Assembly (NCBI RefSeq): GCF_002571385.2
Contig: NW_019217886.1
Location: 184,029 to 248,028, forward strand
Length of the DNA stretch: 64,000 bases
From: Stylophora pistillata
Lineage: Eukaryota
Direction: 5' to 3'
The translations under genes and the position numbers were made by a program. Of the stretch, positions 63,209-64,000 are shown piece by piece; position 1 is the stretch's first letter, and each line of letters starts with the position of its first letter. The notes under the pieces are model-generated. The model was not told the DNA's origin. It did not search any database and saw only the letters and a program-made list of their open reading frames with translations.

Positions 63209-64000
63209 GTTTGCACAGCTATCTCGAGGTTGCAACGTTTGAGGGTTCTGTCGCTGAACTAACACAATGCTTACGTGATCTAGGAATTTATACAAGCGTC
63301 TAGCTACAGACTCACACGGTCACAGCTGTCTGGATTTTAACGAGTAAACCTTTGTTTAATTGTTCTGAGTGAATTGACTAATCTCATGTCATGCCTATAT
63401 TTGGTCACGGATGATTGACAGCGGGTTTGTTGGCTTAGCAATTTGGGGCTTTTGTATTTTTACCTCAGCATTTATTTGTAATTAGAACACGATACAAAAT
63501 AGTACTAGCAGCTAGGAACACCTTTGACACCATGGTACACACCATCAAAAACGAAATTTCGTTTTGATTTTGTCAGTACAGAGTGTGGAGTTTTTTAAAA
63601 TGGACAGACTTACCAGTGATAATGTAATGTTCAGGTGGTCTATAAATCAGTAGGTCACGTGATAGACTTTAAACATTGTTTTCTGGAAAATAACTGAGTC
63701 ATATGTAAATAAAGCGTACATAGATTAACCAGTTCAGGGATTCAAGAAAGAAATGTAATTAACGAAGTTTTTACTCCTTTATGTCAAGTGTCGTTTCAAA
63801 AAAGTTAGTTTTGGCAGAATTCCATGGTTGTTATCCCCGTTGTTATCCGCGTTGTTTGAAACACTTGCAGATAAATATCGCATAAATAGATGTAAACCCA
63901 GTCCTGGTAACGAGAACGCTCGCTCGCACGTTTCCGTCATTCAATTATACAGTTTAACCCCGCTAACACAACTCCCAAGGGGGTTATAGTTGACAGGTTG

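Overview
Eukaryotic, AT-rich, intron-rich genomic DNA with three N-gaps. The repeat landscape (tRNA-SINEs, many short MITEs, Penelope remnants) suggests a cnidarian, most likely a stony coral; this is inference, not verified. Genes reconstructed by hand from GT-AG splice sites, in order: SART1/Snu66 (minus, 19 coding exons seen, runs off the left edge); a 210-aa orphan single-pass membrane protein (+); DZANK1 (minus, only 2 coding exons), head-to-head with an intronless orphan ORF (+); a complete 16-exon ACTR3/Arp3 (+, 418 aa); and a large + strand gene joining an N-terminal AGC-type pseudokinase, a ~1000-aa low-complexity linker, a CxxC..CxxC motif and the start of a DH (RhoGEF) domain. Downstream of its last visible exon, apparently inside its intron and antisense to it, are two tandem copies of a PLP-dependent class-V aminotransferase-fold enzyme with a bacterial CefD/isopenicillin-N-epimerase-like look. 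Each copy has one spliceosomal intron and a TATA+Inr promoter. The copies are identical at the 5' end but diverged at the 3' end, and a relic of a third promoter lies between them. The best candidates for novelty are this putative horizontally acquired, domesticated enzyme array and the pseudokinase-RhoGEF fusion.
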